Shown here piece by piece: positions 47,569 to 56,127 of a stretch of 64,000 nt of DNA (the stretch's first letter is position 1; each line of letters begins with the position of its first letter). Both the position numbers and the translations under genes were made by a program. Under the pieces are notes generated by a model, which was not told where the DNA came from, searched no databases, and worked only from the letters and a program-made list of their open reading frames with translations. This stretch comes from an uncultured Pelotomaculum sp. (lineage in GTDB: Bacteria; Bacillota; Desulfotomaculia; Desulfotomaculales; Pelotomaculaceae). The stretch covers positions 1,408 through 65,407 of the forward strand of contig CAZIYV010000001.1 of the NCBI GenBank assembly GCA_964543575.1, in the 5' to 3' direction.

Positions 47569-49275
47569 TTGCTGTGGCAAAAGATTTTTAATTTACTGCC
47601 GGTCGGCGGCATTGTTTATGATCACAATGATAATATTATAGAAACAAACCAACTGGCCAGTCAGATCATCGACAGTGATAATTCAATAGCGGATAAGGTT
47701 AAAAACGCCACAGCAGCGATGAAAATTACTTCTGGTGAAAAAACATATGTTGTGGAGCGTTTTGATATCGCAGCCAAACCAGCCAAATCGGTTGTGTTTC
47801 TGGTTGATATTACAGGCTGGGATTTTTATTGGGAAGAACTGAACGAGCAAAAAGAGTTGATTAAAGAACTCGAAGACACTTTTAATTCCTCATATGATGA
47901 AATATATGTGATTGACGGAAACGGTGTCACCAAGCGAATAAATACAGCAGGGGAAACTAACTACGGGGTCCCGGTTGAGAACCTGCTTGGGAAAAACATT
48001 GCTGATTTGGAAAAGGAAGGTTACTACAACCCCTCTGTTTCAAGGCTGGTTTTCCAGGAAAAGAAACGGGTAACCATTAACCAGAAAACCATCTGCGGCA
48101 AACAGTTGATTGCCACAGGGAATCCTATTTTTAATGAGGATGGCGAGATCATCCGGATAGTAGTCAACTCTAGGGATATTTCCGAACTGCTGAACCTCCG
48201 CAAACAGCTGGAGGACACTGAGCAGCTGGTTAAAAGCTACCGGCGGCAGCTGTTAAAACTGAGCGAGGAAAAAAGCAGGAGTGCTGAATTGATAGCTCAA
48301 AGCCCGCAGATGAAACGCGTGCTGGAAATGGTGGACAAGGTGGCGCAGGTGGATTCCACTGTGCTGATTATGGGTGAGTCCGGTGTCGGAAAAGGTGTGG
48401 TGGCACTGCGCCTGCATAAGTTAAGCAAACGATCGGAAGGTCCGTATATAACCATTAACTGCGGGGCAATACCTGAACACTTACTGGAATCAGAGTTATT
48501 TGGCTGCGAGGGCGAGGCTGTTGCCGGGGCGTCCAAAGAAGGAAAAAAAGGATTTCTGGAACTGGCCAGCGGCGGTACGGTTTTCCTGGACGAAATAACA
48601 GAGCTTCCTTTAAGCCTCCAGGTGAAACTTTTGAAGGTGATCCAGGATAAAAATCTGAGCCGTGTTGGTGGAAGTAAGTGCGTTGATGTTGACATACGTT
48701 TTGTAGCCGCCACGAACAGGGATGTTCAGCGGATGGTGGCGGATGGACTTTTCAGGGAAGATCTGTACTACAGGCTGAATGTCATTCCTATTATTATTCC
48801 GCCCCTGCGTTACAGGCAGGAGGATATTTCTGTCCTGATAGAATACTTTTTAGACAAACTGAACGCGAAATATGATAAAAACAAAAGATTTACCAGTGAA
48901 GCCATAGATATTTTAAGTAGCTACAACTGGCCCGGCAACGTCAGGGAACTGGAAAACCTGGTGGAAAGGCTGCTGGTTACTAAAGAAGGTGCAGAGATCG
49001 CGATTGGCCATCTGCCGGAATACATCTTTGAAGGGAAAAGCAGGTTTCCCAACCGGGTTTATGTGCTTGACATCTGCCCGATGAAAGAGGCTGTGGAAGA
49101 ACTTGAAAAGCAGTTGGTTACTATCGCTTACAACCGGCTGAAAAACACCTATAAAGTTGCGGAAGCACTGGACATAAACCAGTCAACAGTGGTGCGTAAA
49201 ATTCAAAAATATCAACTGCTGTCGTCTCCCGGCCGCAGTAAAGGCGCCAAACGGTTAAAAAACAAGAAAGATTAG
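47569..49275 (+). CDS. PAS-AAA+-HTH enhancer-binding-protein family regulator (TyrR-like, GAFTGA degenerate)
   Basis: PAS domain; GESGVGKG, INCGAIP, FLDEI, AATNR, FREDLYYRLNV and WPGNVREL motifs; C-terminal HTH. Confidence 0.9.
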   Translation: MLWQKIFNLLPVGGIVYDHNDNIIETNQLASQIIDSDNSIADKVKNATAAMKITSGEKTYVVERFDIAAKPAKSVVFLVDITGWDFYWEELNEQKELIKELEDTFNSSYDEIYVIDGNGVTKRINTAGETNYGVPVENLLGKNIADLEKEGYYNPSVSRLVFQEKKRVTINQKTICGKQLIATGNPIFNEDGEIIRIVVNSRDISELLNLRKQLEDTEQLVKSYRRQLLKLSEEKSRSAELIAQSPQMKRVLEMVDKVAQVDSTVLIMGESGVGKGVVALRLHKLSKRSEGPYITINCGAIPEHLLESELFGCEGEAVAGASKEGKKGFLELASGGTVFLDEITELPLSLQVKLLKVIQDKNLSRVGGSKCVDVDIRFVAATNRDVQRMVADGLFREDLYYRLNVIPIIIPPLRYRQEDISVLIEYFLDKLNAKYDKNKRFTSEAIDILSSYNWPGNVRELENLVERLLVTKEGAEIAIGHLPEYIFEGKSRFPNRVYVLDICPMKEAVEELEKQLVTIAYNRLKNTYKVAEALDINQSTVVRKIQKYQLLSSPGRSKGAKRLKNKKD

Positions 49276-49281
49276 AAATAA

Positions 49282-50046
49282 TCAAGGGACTTGCTTTGCT
49301 GCCCCGCAGACAGGACATTTCTGAAGACCAAGCGGAACTTCCAACCCGCAGTTTTCCATCAATTCCACATTAGTTAAAACCTCTGCTGTAGGACCATCAG
49401 ACGCTACCTTTCCATCTTTTAATACTATAGTTCTTGCACAAAGCTCCGTCACCATGTCCAGATCATGTGAAGCGATGATTTTTGTATGTGAAAAGCTCTT
49501 AAGCAGGCTTATCAGCCGTCGTCTGGATTTAGGGTCAAGACCCGATGATGGTTCATCCATGGCCAGAATGTCAGGAATCATGGAAAGAACGGTGGCGATG
49601 GACGCGGCGCGCTTTTCACCTCCCGATAGTTTGTACGGAGCACGGTCTTTCAAGTGGGCAATACCAACCTTTTCAATTGATTGGAGCACTCTTTTCTCCA
49701 CTTCCTGCTCGCTAAGGTTATAGTTGCGCGGGCCGAAAGCAACATCATCATATACCGTGTTCATAAAAAGCTGGTCGTCCGGGTCCTGGAATACCATCCC
49801 TACCCTTTGCCTGATCAGCGGCAGGGTTTTCTTCACCACCGGCATCTCTCCCACGTGGACTTCCCCTTTAGAGGGGAAAAGCACACCGACAAGCAGCATC
49901 AGCAGGGTGGACTTGCCGGCGCCGTTTGCCCCAACTATGCCTACACTTTCCCCGTGGTAAATTCGAAAGGATACGCCATTTAACGCTTCCTGTCCATCCG
50001 GATAAATATAATGCAAATCTTTCACTTCAGTAATATGATGACTCAT
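49282..50046 (-). CDS. cbiO: Co/Ni ECF transporter ATPase
   Basis: GANGAGKST, FQDPDDQLF, LSGGEK and DEP motifs. Confidence 0.9.
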   Translation of the reverse strand: MSHHITEVKDLHYIYPDGQEALNGVSFRIYHGESVGIVGANGAGKSTLLMLLVGVLFPSKGEVHVGEMPVVKKTLPLIRQRVGMVFQDPDDQLFMNTVYDDVAFGPRNYNLSEQEVEKRVLQSIEKVGIAHLKDRAPYKLSGGEKRAASIATVLSMIPDILAMDEPSSGLDPKSRRRLISLLKSFSHTKIIASHDLDMVTELCARTIVLKDGKVASDGPTAEVLTNVELMENCGLEVPLGLQKCPVCGAAKQVP

Positions 50047-50867
50047 TTGACCACTCCTGTTACCAGTGTACCCATCAGCTCCGGGATGTCGAAAAGGCGC
50101 GCCGCGGCAAAGAAGAACGTCCAGCCAATGAGATACATTATATCTGTTATGGTTATTCTCTGGGCGCTTCCAGTCTTGTATTCTCCTATAAACCCTCTTA
50201 AAACCATAGCCTGATATATATTTTGAGCCCTTTCAAAAGTTCTGATGAGCAGGTTGCCGGCCAGCGAGCCCCAGGCATCAGGCTTTACACCTTTATGCAA
50301 AGGCGCGCGCATATGATAAGCCCGCAATACCCTGGCAACTTCGGCCATCAGTACCGAAATATAGCGGTAAGTTAGTACAAGCTGGAGCACAAATACACGG
50401 GGGACATGGAGCAGGCGGAGCGCGGACGATATCCTGCCCATACCGGTTGTGGCAATGACGGTGAGGGCTGACAGGACGGTCAGGATGCTTTTAATGATAA
50501 TAGAAAAGAAGGAAACCCAGCCTCCTGTAAGCACGAACCAATCGGTTGAAAAAACGATCCTGTGATCAAAAAAAGGATTGAAAGCGCCAATGCCTACAGC
50601 GAAAGGGGCAACCAGCAGCATTCGCTTGAGGATGGGTAATAGTGGTATCTCCGCCAGCGCTATGATAACCACGGGGTAAAAGACAAGCGGCAGAAGCCCG
50701 CTTATCTCATATTTGTCAAAAGAAACTACCACTATTAGGTAAATCATAGTGGTAAGAAGCTTGGCTACTGGATGTATGTTGTGAATAACTGTTCGTTTTT
50801 CCGCAAGCTCGTCCAGAAAACGGATTTCGTATAATGACTTTATAATGCCTGCCATATTAGTAATCAA
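50043..50867 (-). CDS. cbiQ: Co/Ni ECF transporter T component
   Basis: HP..KLL, TYRYI and RA..IYQAM.LRGF motifs. Confidence 0.9.
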   Translation of the reverse strand: MITNMAGIIKSLYEIRFLDELAEKRTVIHNIHPVAKLLTTMIYLIVVVSFDKYEISGLLPLVFYPVVIIALAEIPLLPILKRMLLVAPFAVGIGAFNPFFDHRIVFSTDWFVLTGGWVSFFSIIIKSILTVLSALTVIATTGMGRISSALRLLHVPRVFVLQLVLTYRYISVLMAEVARVLRAYHMRAPLHKGVKPDAWGSLAGNLLIRTFERAQNIYQAMVLRGFIGEYKTGSAQRITITDIMYLIGWTFFFAAARLFDIPELMGTLVTGVVK

Positions 50868-50914
50868 GTCCTGTGCAAAATAATAGCGGGGGGGTTAGCC
50901 CACCCGCGTAATAA

Positions 50915-51967
50915 TCAAGCGGCGCCTACTTTTCCCCTTCTTTTGACGATGCTGATGCCAAGTCCGATAAGACAGGCAAGAGCCAGTGTAAGCGTACCCC
51001 CAATTACTCCTGAAACACTTGTACCCGCACTGACAGCCGGCCAGGCTTCCTCGCTCTCCGCGTCGCTTGGTTCCGCTTCACTTTCTGCGGCTTTGAAGCT
51101 GTAATCCGGCAGAAACGCTGTTTTTTCCTGAATTTCTCCAGCTGTCTGGTGAATTCCGTCTGAAGACTCAAGCTCCTCAACTCCGGCAGTTTTGAACATG
51201 GACCATTCCAGGCCATCGGGATGAGAGGAGGCGAACCATGATAAAATGCCCCCGGTAAACAAGGCGACAACAACAAGACCTGTCATAACTTGCTTGATCG
51301 AAATACTACCCAAAGCTTTATCTAAAGAGGCGTTTTCTATTATTTCAGGACGCGCATTCCAGACAAATCCTACAACCGCTGCGGTAACAAGACCTTCCAC
51401 CACCCCGATGGCAAGGTGAATGGGCTGCATCAACAGCACAAATGTGTTGAAAGGCAATTCTGTTTTCCCTGAAAACAGGGTTTCAAGGACCACCCCGAAC
51501 GCGCCAAGCTGTAGTCCGATAATTGCGGACAGCATGGCCGCGCCGAACATGCGGGCAGGGGTGTAACCTTTGCGCATAATCATTTTGTAAATAAGCGGGT
51601 AAGCGATGAAGCAGGTGAAAAATCCCATATTAAAAACGTTGCAGCCATAGGCTAACAAGCCGCCGTCGGCAAAAAACAATGCTTGTATGGCCAAAACAGA
51701 CGCTATCGTGAGGAACCCCGCGTAAGGCCCGAGAAGAACGGCAAGCAGCATTCCACCTCCCAAATGCCCGCTGGAGCCGGTGGCGGGTATGGAGAAGTTG
51801 ATCATTTGGGCGGCAAAAATGAACGCGCCCATAACACCCATTAACGGTATTTTCTTCTGGTCCAAGTCACTTTGAATCTTCTTGATGGAATAAGCGGCAA
51901 CCCCTGCTGACGCCGCCCACATGGTTCCACCCACGATAGGTGAAATCAGGGCATCTGCCATATGCAC
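50915..51967 (-). CDS. cbiM: Co/Ni ECF S component CbiM/NikM fused to a PDGLE domain
   Basis: GTG 51967 gives the conserved Met-His N-terminus (MHMADAL); GSSGHLGG, FADGG and ASSHPDGLEW motifs. Confidence 0.9.
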   Translation of the reverse strand: MHMADALISPIVGGTMWAASAGVAAYSIKKIQSDLDQKKIPLMGVMGAFIFAAQMINFSIPATGSSGHLGGGMLLAVLLGPYAGFLTIASVLAIQALFFADGGLLAYGCNVFNMGFFTCFIAYPLIYKMIMRKGYTPARMFGAAMLSAIIGLQLGAFGVVLETLFSGKTELPFNTFVLLMQPIHLAIGVVEGLVTAAVVGFVWNARPEIIENASLDKALGSISIKQVMTGLVVVALFTGGILSWFASSHPDGLEWSMFKTAGVEELESSDGIHQTAGEIQEKTAFLPDYSFKAAESEAEPSDAESEEAWPAVSAGTSVSGVIGGTLTLALACLIGLGISIVKRRGKVGAA

Positions 51968-52056
51968 AAATATCATCTCCTCAATAAATTATAAACTCAG
52001 AGCAGATTATGTAATCTGTCTTTTGTGATTATGCCGGCACAATAGTTACCCAAGAG

Positions 52057-52153
52057 AAACAAATAACCCACAAAGGGATCGAAAAAATGCCAGTCCCTCC
52101 ATGGGTCTTCTTTGCAACGAAAAATCTCTTGCCGCATAAGCCTTCATGGCTTA
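52057..52153 (-). promoter_or_regulatory. Candidate attenuator in the cbiM leader
   Basis: Hairpin TAAGCC-ATGAA-GGCTTA, then a 13-bp terminator ACCCATGGAGGGA/TCCCTTTGTGGGT followed by TATTTGTTT. Confidence 0.55.
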
Positions 52154-52165
52154 CATTCCGAATAG

Positions 52166-52194
52166 AATATATCATATGTTAATAACTGCGTCAA
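52166..52194 (-). promoter_or_regulatory. Sigma-A promoter for cbiMQO
   Basis: TTGACG-N17-TATATT with an extended TG. Confidence 0.65.
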
Positions 52195-52449
52195 TTATAT
52201 ATTTATGTTCAAATATATTAACAAAGCAAGCCGTTTGTACAATGGCCTGGATGCGGACCAAAAAGGCTGCGAGGCCAAGCCGGCCCAGACCGGAAACAAT
52301 GAACTTGCCCCGAACAGGTGGACGGTGGTACAGGACAACCACGTGCAGAAGGAGGGAAAGTCGGTCAGGCGGTTTGTGAAACAAGAGAAGTTAGCTAAAA
52401 CTTTACTGAATCTTATTAACAAGACTGCCAACAATTTGTCGGGTTCTTA

Positions 52450-52479
52450 TTGACACTTATACTTTTTTTATAGTAAAGT
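52450..52479 (+). promoter_or_regulatory. Sigma-A promoter for the B12 operon
   Basis: TTGACA-N18-TAAAGT. Confidence 0.5.
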
Positions 52480-52494
52480 AAGACAAAATAAATA

Positions 52495-52642
52495 ATAAAA
52501 GGACAAAACAGGGAAGCCGGATAAAAAATGCCGGCGCGGTCCCGCCACTGTATAAGGGAGCTCCTCTGTAACATGCCACTGGTTAACCCCGGGAAGGCGC
52601 AGAGTGAGCGATGAACTTGAGCCAGGATATCTGTTTGTTCTT
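52495..52642 (+). ncRNA. Cobalamin riboswitch (ends approximate)
   Basis: AGGGAAGCCGG..CCGGCGCGGTCCCGCCACTGTA, GCCACTG..GGGAAGGC and GAGCCAGGA (B12 box). Confidence 0.92.
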
Positions 52643-52710
52643 GTTATCCGCCATTACCCACGAGAGATGGGAAGGAATAACGGCCTTGCATCATGTCCTA
52701 ATAAAGGCAA

Positions 52711-52748
52711 TAACCTCCGCATCTAACGTGCGGAGGTTTTTATTTTTG
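52711..52748 (+). terminator. Riboswitch expression-platform terminator
   Basis: AACCTCCGCA-tctaacg-TGCGGAGGTT followed by TTTATTTTT. Confidence 0.85.
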
Positions 52749-52776
52749 AACTGCCGGCCGGGGAGGTGAGTGTCAG

Positions 52777-53616
52777 ATTATCGAACTTAGGCAGCTGGCT
52801 AAAAATTATGGCAGTATACAGGCTGTCGCCGGGCTGGATCTGGAGATAGGCAGAGGTGAGGTTTTCGGTTTGCTGGGTCCGAACGGCGCCGGTAAAACAA
52901 CGACTTTCCGCATGCTGACCATGCTTACCAAACCCTCCGGCGGCAGCGCGTCAATCAACGGTTGCGAGGTAACCCGTGATTTGCGGAAGGTTAAAAAGGA
53001 GATCGGTGTTGTTCCCCAGCACATGAACCTTGACCAGGAACTGACGGCACGGGAAAACCTGGAGCTGCACGGGCGGCTGCATAAAATGCCAGGGGATCAG
53101 AGGCGGCAGAGGACAGAGGAACTACTCGCCTATGTGGAACTGGCCGACCGGGCCCATGACCTGGCGGGCAAATTTTCAGGCGGCATGAAGCGGCGGCTGA
53201 TGATCGCCCGGGCACTGATGCACCTACCCGGTGTATTGTTTCTTGACGAGCCGACAGCCGGGCTTGATCCCCAGGCGCGGCGCAATATCTGGGACCTGAT
53301 CAGGAGAATGAACAGCGAAGGGATGACTGTCCTGCTGACCACCCATTACATTGAAGAGGCGGAAGTGCTGTGCCGCCGGGTCGGGATTATGGATCACGGA
53401 CGGCTGATTGCCCTCGGCACGCCGGCAGAGCTGAAAAACAAGGTAGGGGAGATCGTCGTTGAGGCGCTCAATCACGGCGATACTGAATACCGGTTTTTCG
53501 CCGGACGGGAACAGGCAATGCATTATGCCGGGAGTCTGGCGGACAATGTGCTGATCCGGGAAGCCAATTTGGAAGACGTTTTTGTTGAATTAACCGGGCG
53601 CAAGGTAGGTGACTGA
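52777..53616 (+). CDS. ABC-2/NodI-like exporter ATPase; probable ATT start at 52777
   Basis: The frame extends upstream of the called TTG as (I)IELRQLAKNYGSIQAVAGLDLEIGRGEVFGLLGPNGAGKTT; FSGGMKRR and FLDEPT motifs. Confidence 0.88.
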   Translation: MIELRQLAKNYGSIQAVAGLDLEIGRGEVFGLLGPNGAGKTTTFRMLTMLTKPSGGSASINGCEVTRDLRKVKKEIGVVPQHMNLDQELTARENLELHGRLHKMPGDQRRQRTEELLAYVELADRAHDLAGKFSGGMKRRLMIARALMHLPGVLFLDEPTAGLDPQARRNIWDLIRRMNSEGMTVLLTTHYIEEAEVLCRRVGIMDHGRLIALGTPAELKNKVGEIVVEALNHGDTEYRFFAGREQAMHYAGSLADNVLIREANLEDVFVELTGRKVGD

Positions 53617-53618
53617 AG

Positions 53619-54350
53619 ATCGATTTCTATACCGTGTTCTGGCGGGAAATGGTTGTCTTAAGGCGCAGCTTCGGCAAGTTCTTTTCATCCCGCCTGGTCG
53701 GGCCCCTGCTTTACCTGGTGGCCTTCGGCTGGGGGCTGGGGCGGAGCATCCAGGTTGACGGAGGCAATTACCTGGAGTTCATTGTGCCGGGCATCATCGC
53801 GCTGGGTGCCATGAACACCAGTTTCAACGCTGTGGGCGTCAACCTCAATATCAGTCGGCTCTACTACAAGACTCTGGACGAATACCTGATCGCGCCGATC
53901 AGCGCCGCCGCCTTTGTGTCGGGCAAGGTGCTGGCCGGGAGCGTGCGCGGGCTGATCGATGCCCTGGTTATCCTGGCGCTGGCCTTCCTGTTCGGGGCGC
54001 ACCTGGCTGTAAGCGGCTGGTTCTTCCTGGTGGTGCTGCTGACCTGCTTTGTTTTTTCCGCCCTGGGGGTGGTGGCCGCTATGGTTGTCAATTCGCACGA
54101 AGACATGGCCAATTTCTCCACGTTCGTAATTTTGCCGATGTCTTTTTTGTGCGGCACCTTTTTTTTACCGGACCGTCTGCCGAAAGTATTTGGCTATATT
54201 ATCGACGTCCTGCCCCTGACCCACGCCAGCTACCTGTTGCGGTCTCTCGCCTCCGGCCAGGGACTCATACCGTTATCCCTGGCTGTGCTTGCTTTCTATG
54301 CCGTGATTTTATTTGCGGTAGGTGCGGCGGTTGTGCGCACGGTCAGGTAG
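53619..54350 (+). CDS. ABC-2 permease (NodJ-like); probable ATC start at 53619
   Basis: YLEFIVPGI, PMSFLCGTFF and LPLTH motifs; six TM helices. Confidence 0.88.
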   Translation: MDFYTVFWREMVVLRRSFGKFFSSRLVGPLLYLVAFGWGLGRSIQVDGGNYLEFIVPGIIALGAMNTSFNAVGVNLNISRLYYKTLDEYLIAPISAAAFVSGKVLAGSVRGLIDALVILALAFLFGAHLAVSGWFFLVVLLTCFVFSALGVVAAMVVNSHEDMANFSTFVILPMSFLCGTFFLPDRLPKVFGYIIDVLPLTHASYLLRSLASGQGLIPLSLAVLAFYAVILFAVGAAVVRTVR

Positions 54351-54489
54351 TCATTTGGGAAAGTCCTTTTTTGTTTAAAGTGTGAAGGGATAGGGGGTGG
54401 TTGAATTACTGCACGATAGGGATGTTTTTATCGTATGCAATTACTCGGTTACAGGGCAATTTAATCTAAAGAGAGGTGCTTTTGAGACT

Positions 54490-56106
54490 ATGAAAACGAG
54501 AATTATTAACCGGCGCCTGGTTATTTTGACAATAATGGTTTGTTTTTTAACTGTCCTGCCGGTGTTGTTCTTATTTGACCGGGCGGAGGCGGCAGAACCG
54601 CAGTTGTTGGACAGGGCAGTACAGTACCTCCGCAATGAATATGCGGAAAACGGCATTATTAATTCAGACATGGGTGTTGGATCTCAATCTTTTTACATAT
54701 TGAACCAGGCAGGCGCGGATGTCAGCTCCTGGAGGCATGATGGGATCAGCCTTAGTGACGCGGTAATGAGCGCGATCAATAGTGATATAGCAAATGCTGA
54801 CCAAATTTCCGCGAAACTCCTGGCCCAGGACCTGGCGGCGGCGAAGGCGCTCGGTCAGGAAAGCCTGGCTGGGCAACTGCTCCTGATCCTGAGAAACAGG
54901 CAGGACAGCGAAGGATTTGATGACATGGGGCCGCTGAGCATATACAGCAATGTGCCGGCCTTTGAAATTTTGAGCAGGGTTGGCCTGATCGACCAGATTG
55001 ATGCCGGTTTGGCAAGGAGTTACATCCTGGGGGCGCAGTACACCGGGGCGGGAGAGAAACATTACGGCAGCTGGGGCTCTACAGACAATGGCAAGTTCTA
55101 TGCAGATTTCATCGCTGTTACGGGAGCGGTGCGGATGCTGCACCGCCTAGATCCTGGCGGCACTGACAATGCAATCCAGGCGGCTATTAAAAACGGCCTG
55201 GGCTGGATCAAAAGCCAGCAAAAGGCCGGCGGCAACTTTGTAGCCGGTATGGACGACACGCTGATAGACACCTGTGATGTGATTATAACCCTGAAGGAAC
55301 TGGGGATGGATCCTGGCGCCTGGGTGAGCAGCGAGGGCAAGAGCGCCGTCGATTATTTGAGGAGCGAGGCGCTGAATCCTGACGGGAGCTTTGGCCAGTC
55401 ACAGAACGTCATGGACGTAACCTGGGTGCTTTGGGCTTACCTGGAGTTGGAGGAAGAGGAAGCGGGTGTGGAGCCGCAGGCTCCACTGGAACCGCAATCT
55501 CAAATGGAACCGCAAGTGCAGCCTGCGTCGCAAGTTTTTAAAGACACGGTGGACCATTGGGCGAAAAATGCTATCACCGATTTGGCCGGAAAAGGTATTA
55601 CAGCGGGTTATGCTGACGGCACTTTCAAACCCGAGGCGCAGGTGACACGCAGCGAAATAGCCGCCATGATGGTGCGGCTTCTGCAGCCGGAACCAGCATC
55701 GACGCTTGACCTGCAGGCAATAGGTGAAAAGTTTAAAGATTCCGGTGATATTCCCAAGTGGGCGCTGGATTCAGCAGCCGCTGCGCTGAGGGAGGGGCTT
55801 ATCTCGGGCAGTCCCCAGCCGGACGGAACTTTTAGTTTTGAAGGGAATAGGCAAGTGAGCCGCGCTGAGTTGTCTGTCATCATGGCCCGGGTTATCGAGA
55901 TGAAGTTGGGGCAGACGGCGCCCGGAAATTTAGATTTTGCCGATAATGACCTGATTCCGGATTGGGCCAGGGAAGCTATTGGCATAGTGTACGCCAAAGG
56001 AATTGCCGGCGGGTATCCCGACCGGACATACCGGGCGGAAAATCCGGTGACCAGGGCGGAAGCTGCTTTTATGATTATGCGCCTGGCGGAACAGATTGAG
56101 AAATGA
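54490..56106 (+). CDS. Secreted alpha/alpha-barrel (prenyltransferase-repeat-like) protein with three SLH domains
   Basis: Signal peptide ending AEA; WIKSQQKAGGNF and LNPDGSFG repeats; FKDTVDHWA, GYADGTFKP..VTRSE and VTRAEAA SLH motifs. Confidence 0.85.
   Translation: MKTRIINRRLVILTIMVCFLTVLPVLFLFDRAEAAEPQLLDRAVQYLRNEYAENGIINSDMGVGSQSFYILNQAGADVSSWRHDGISLSDAVMSAINSDIANADQISAKLLAQDLAAAKALGQESLAGQLLLILRNRQDSEGFDDMGPLSIYSNVPAFEILSRVGLIDQIDAGLARSYILGAQYTGAGEKHYGSWGSTDNGKFYADFIAVTGAVRMLHRLDPGGTDNAIQAAIKNGLGWIKSQQKAGGNFVAGMDDTLIDTCDVIITLKELGMDPGAWVSSEGKSAVDYLRSEALNPDGSFGQSQNVMDVTWVLWAYLELEEEEAGVEPQAPLEPQSQMEPQVQPASQVFKDTVDHWAKNAITDLAGKGITAGYADGTFKPEAQVTRSEIAAMMVRLLQPEPASTLDLQAIGEKFKDSGDIPKWALDSAAAALREGLISGSPQPDGTFSFEGNRQVSRAELSVIMARVIEMKLGQTAPGNLDFADNDLIPDWAREAIGIVYAKGIAGGYPDRTYRAENPVTRAEAAFMIMRLAEQIEK
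55470..55521 (+). repeat. Three imperfect 18-bp repeats (EPQxxx linker)
   Basis: GAGCCGCAG / GAACCGCAA / GAACCGCAA at an 18-bp period. Confidence 0.6.
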
Positions 56107-56127
56107 TGAAAACAGGGGGAATGAAAT

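Noticed and set aside
52146-52453. Four short overlapping ORFs between cbiM and the riboswitch
   Set aside because: They have no convincing SD or recognisable domain and overlap divergent promoters.
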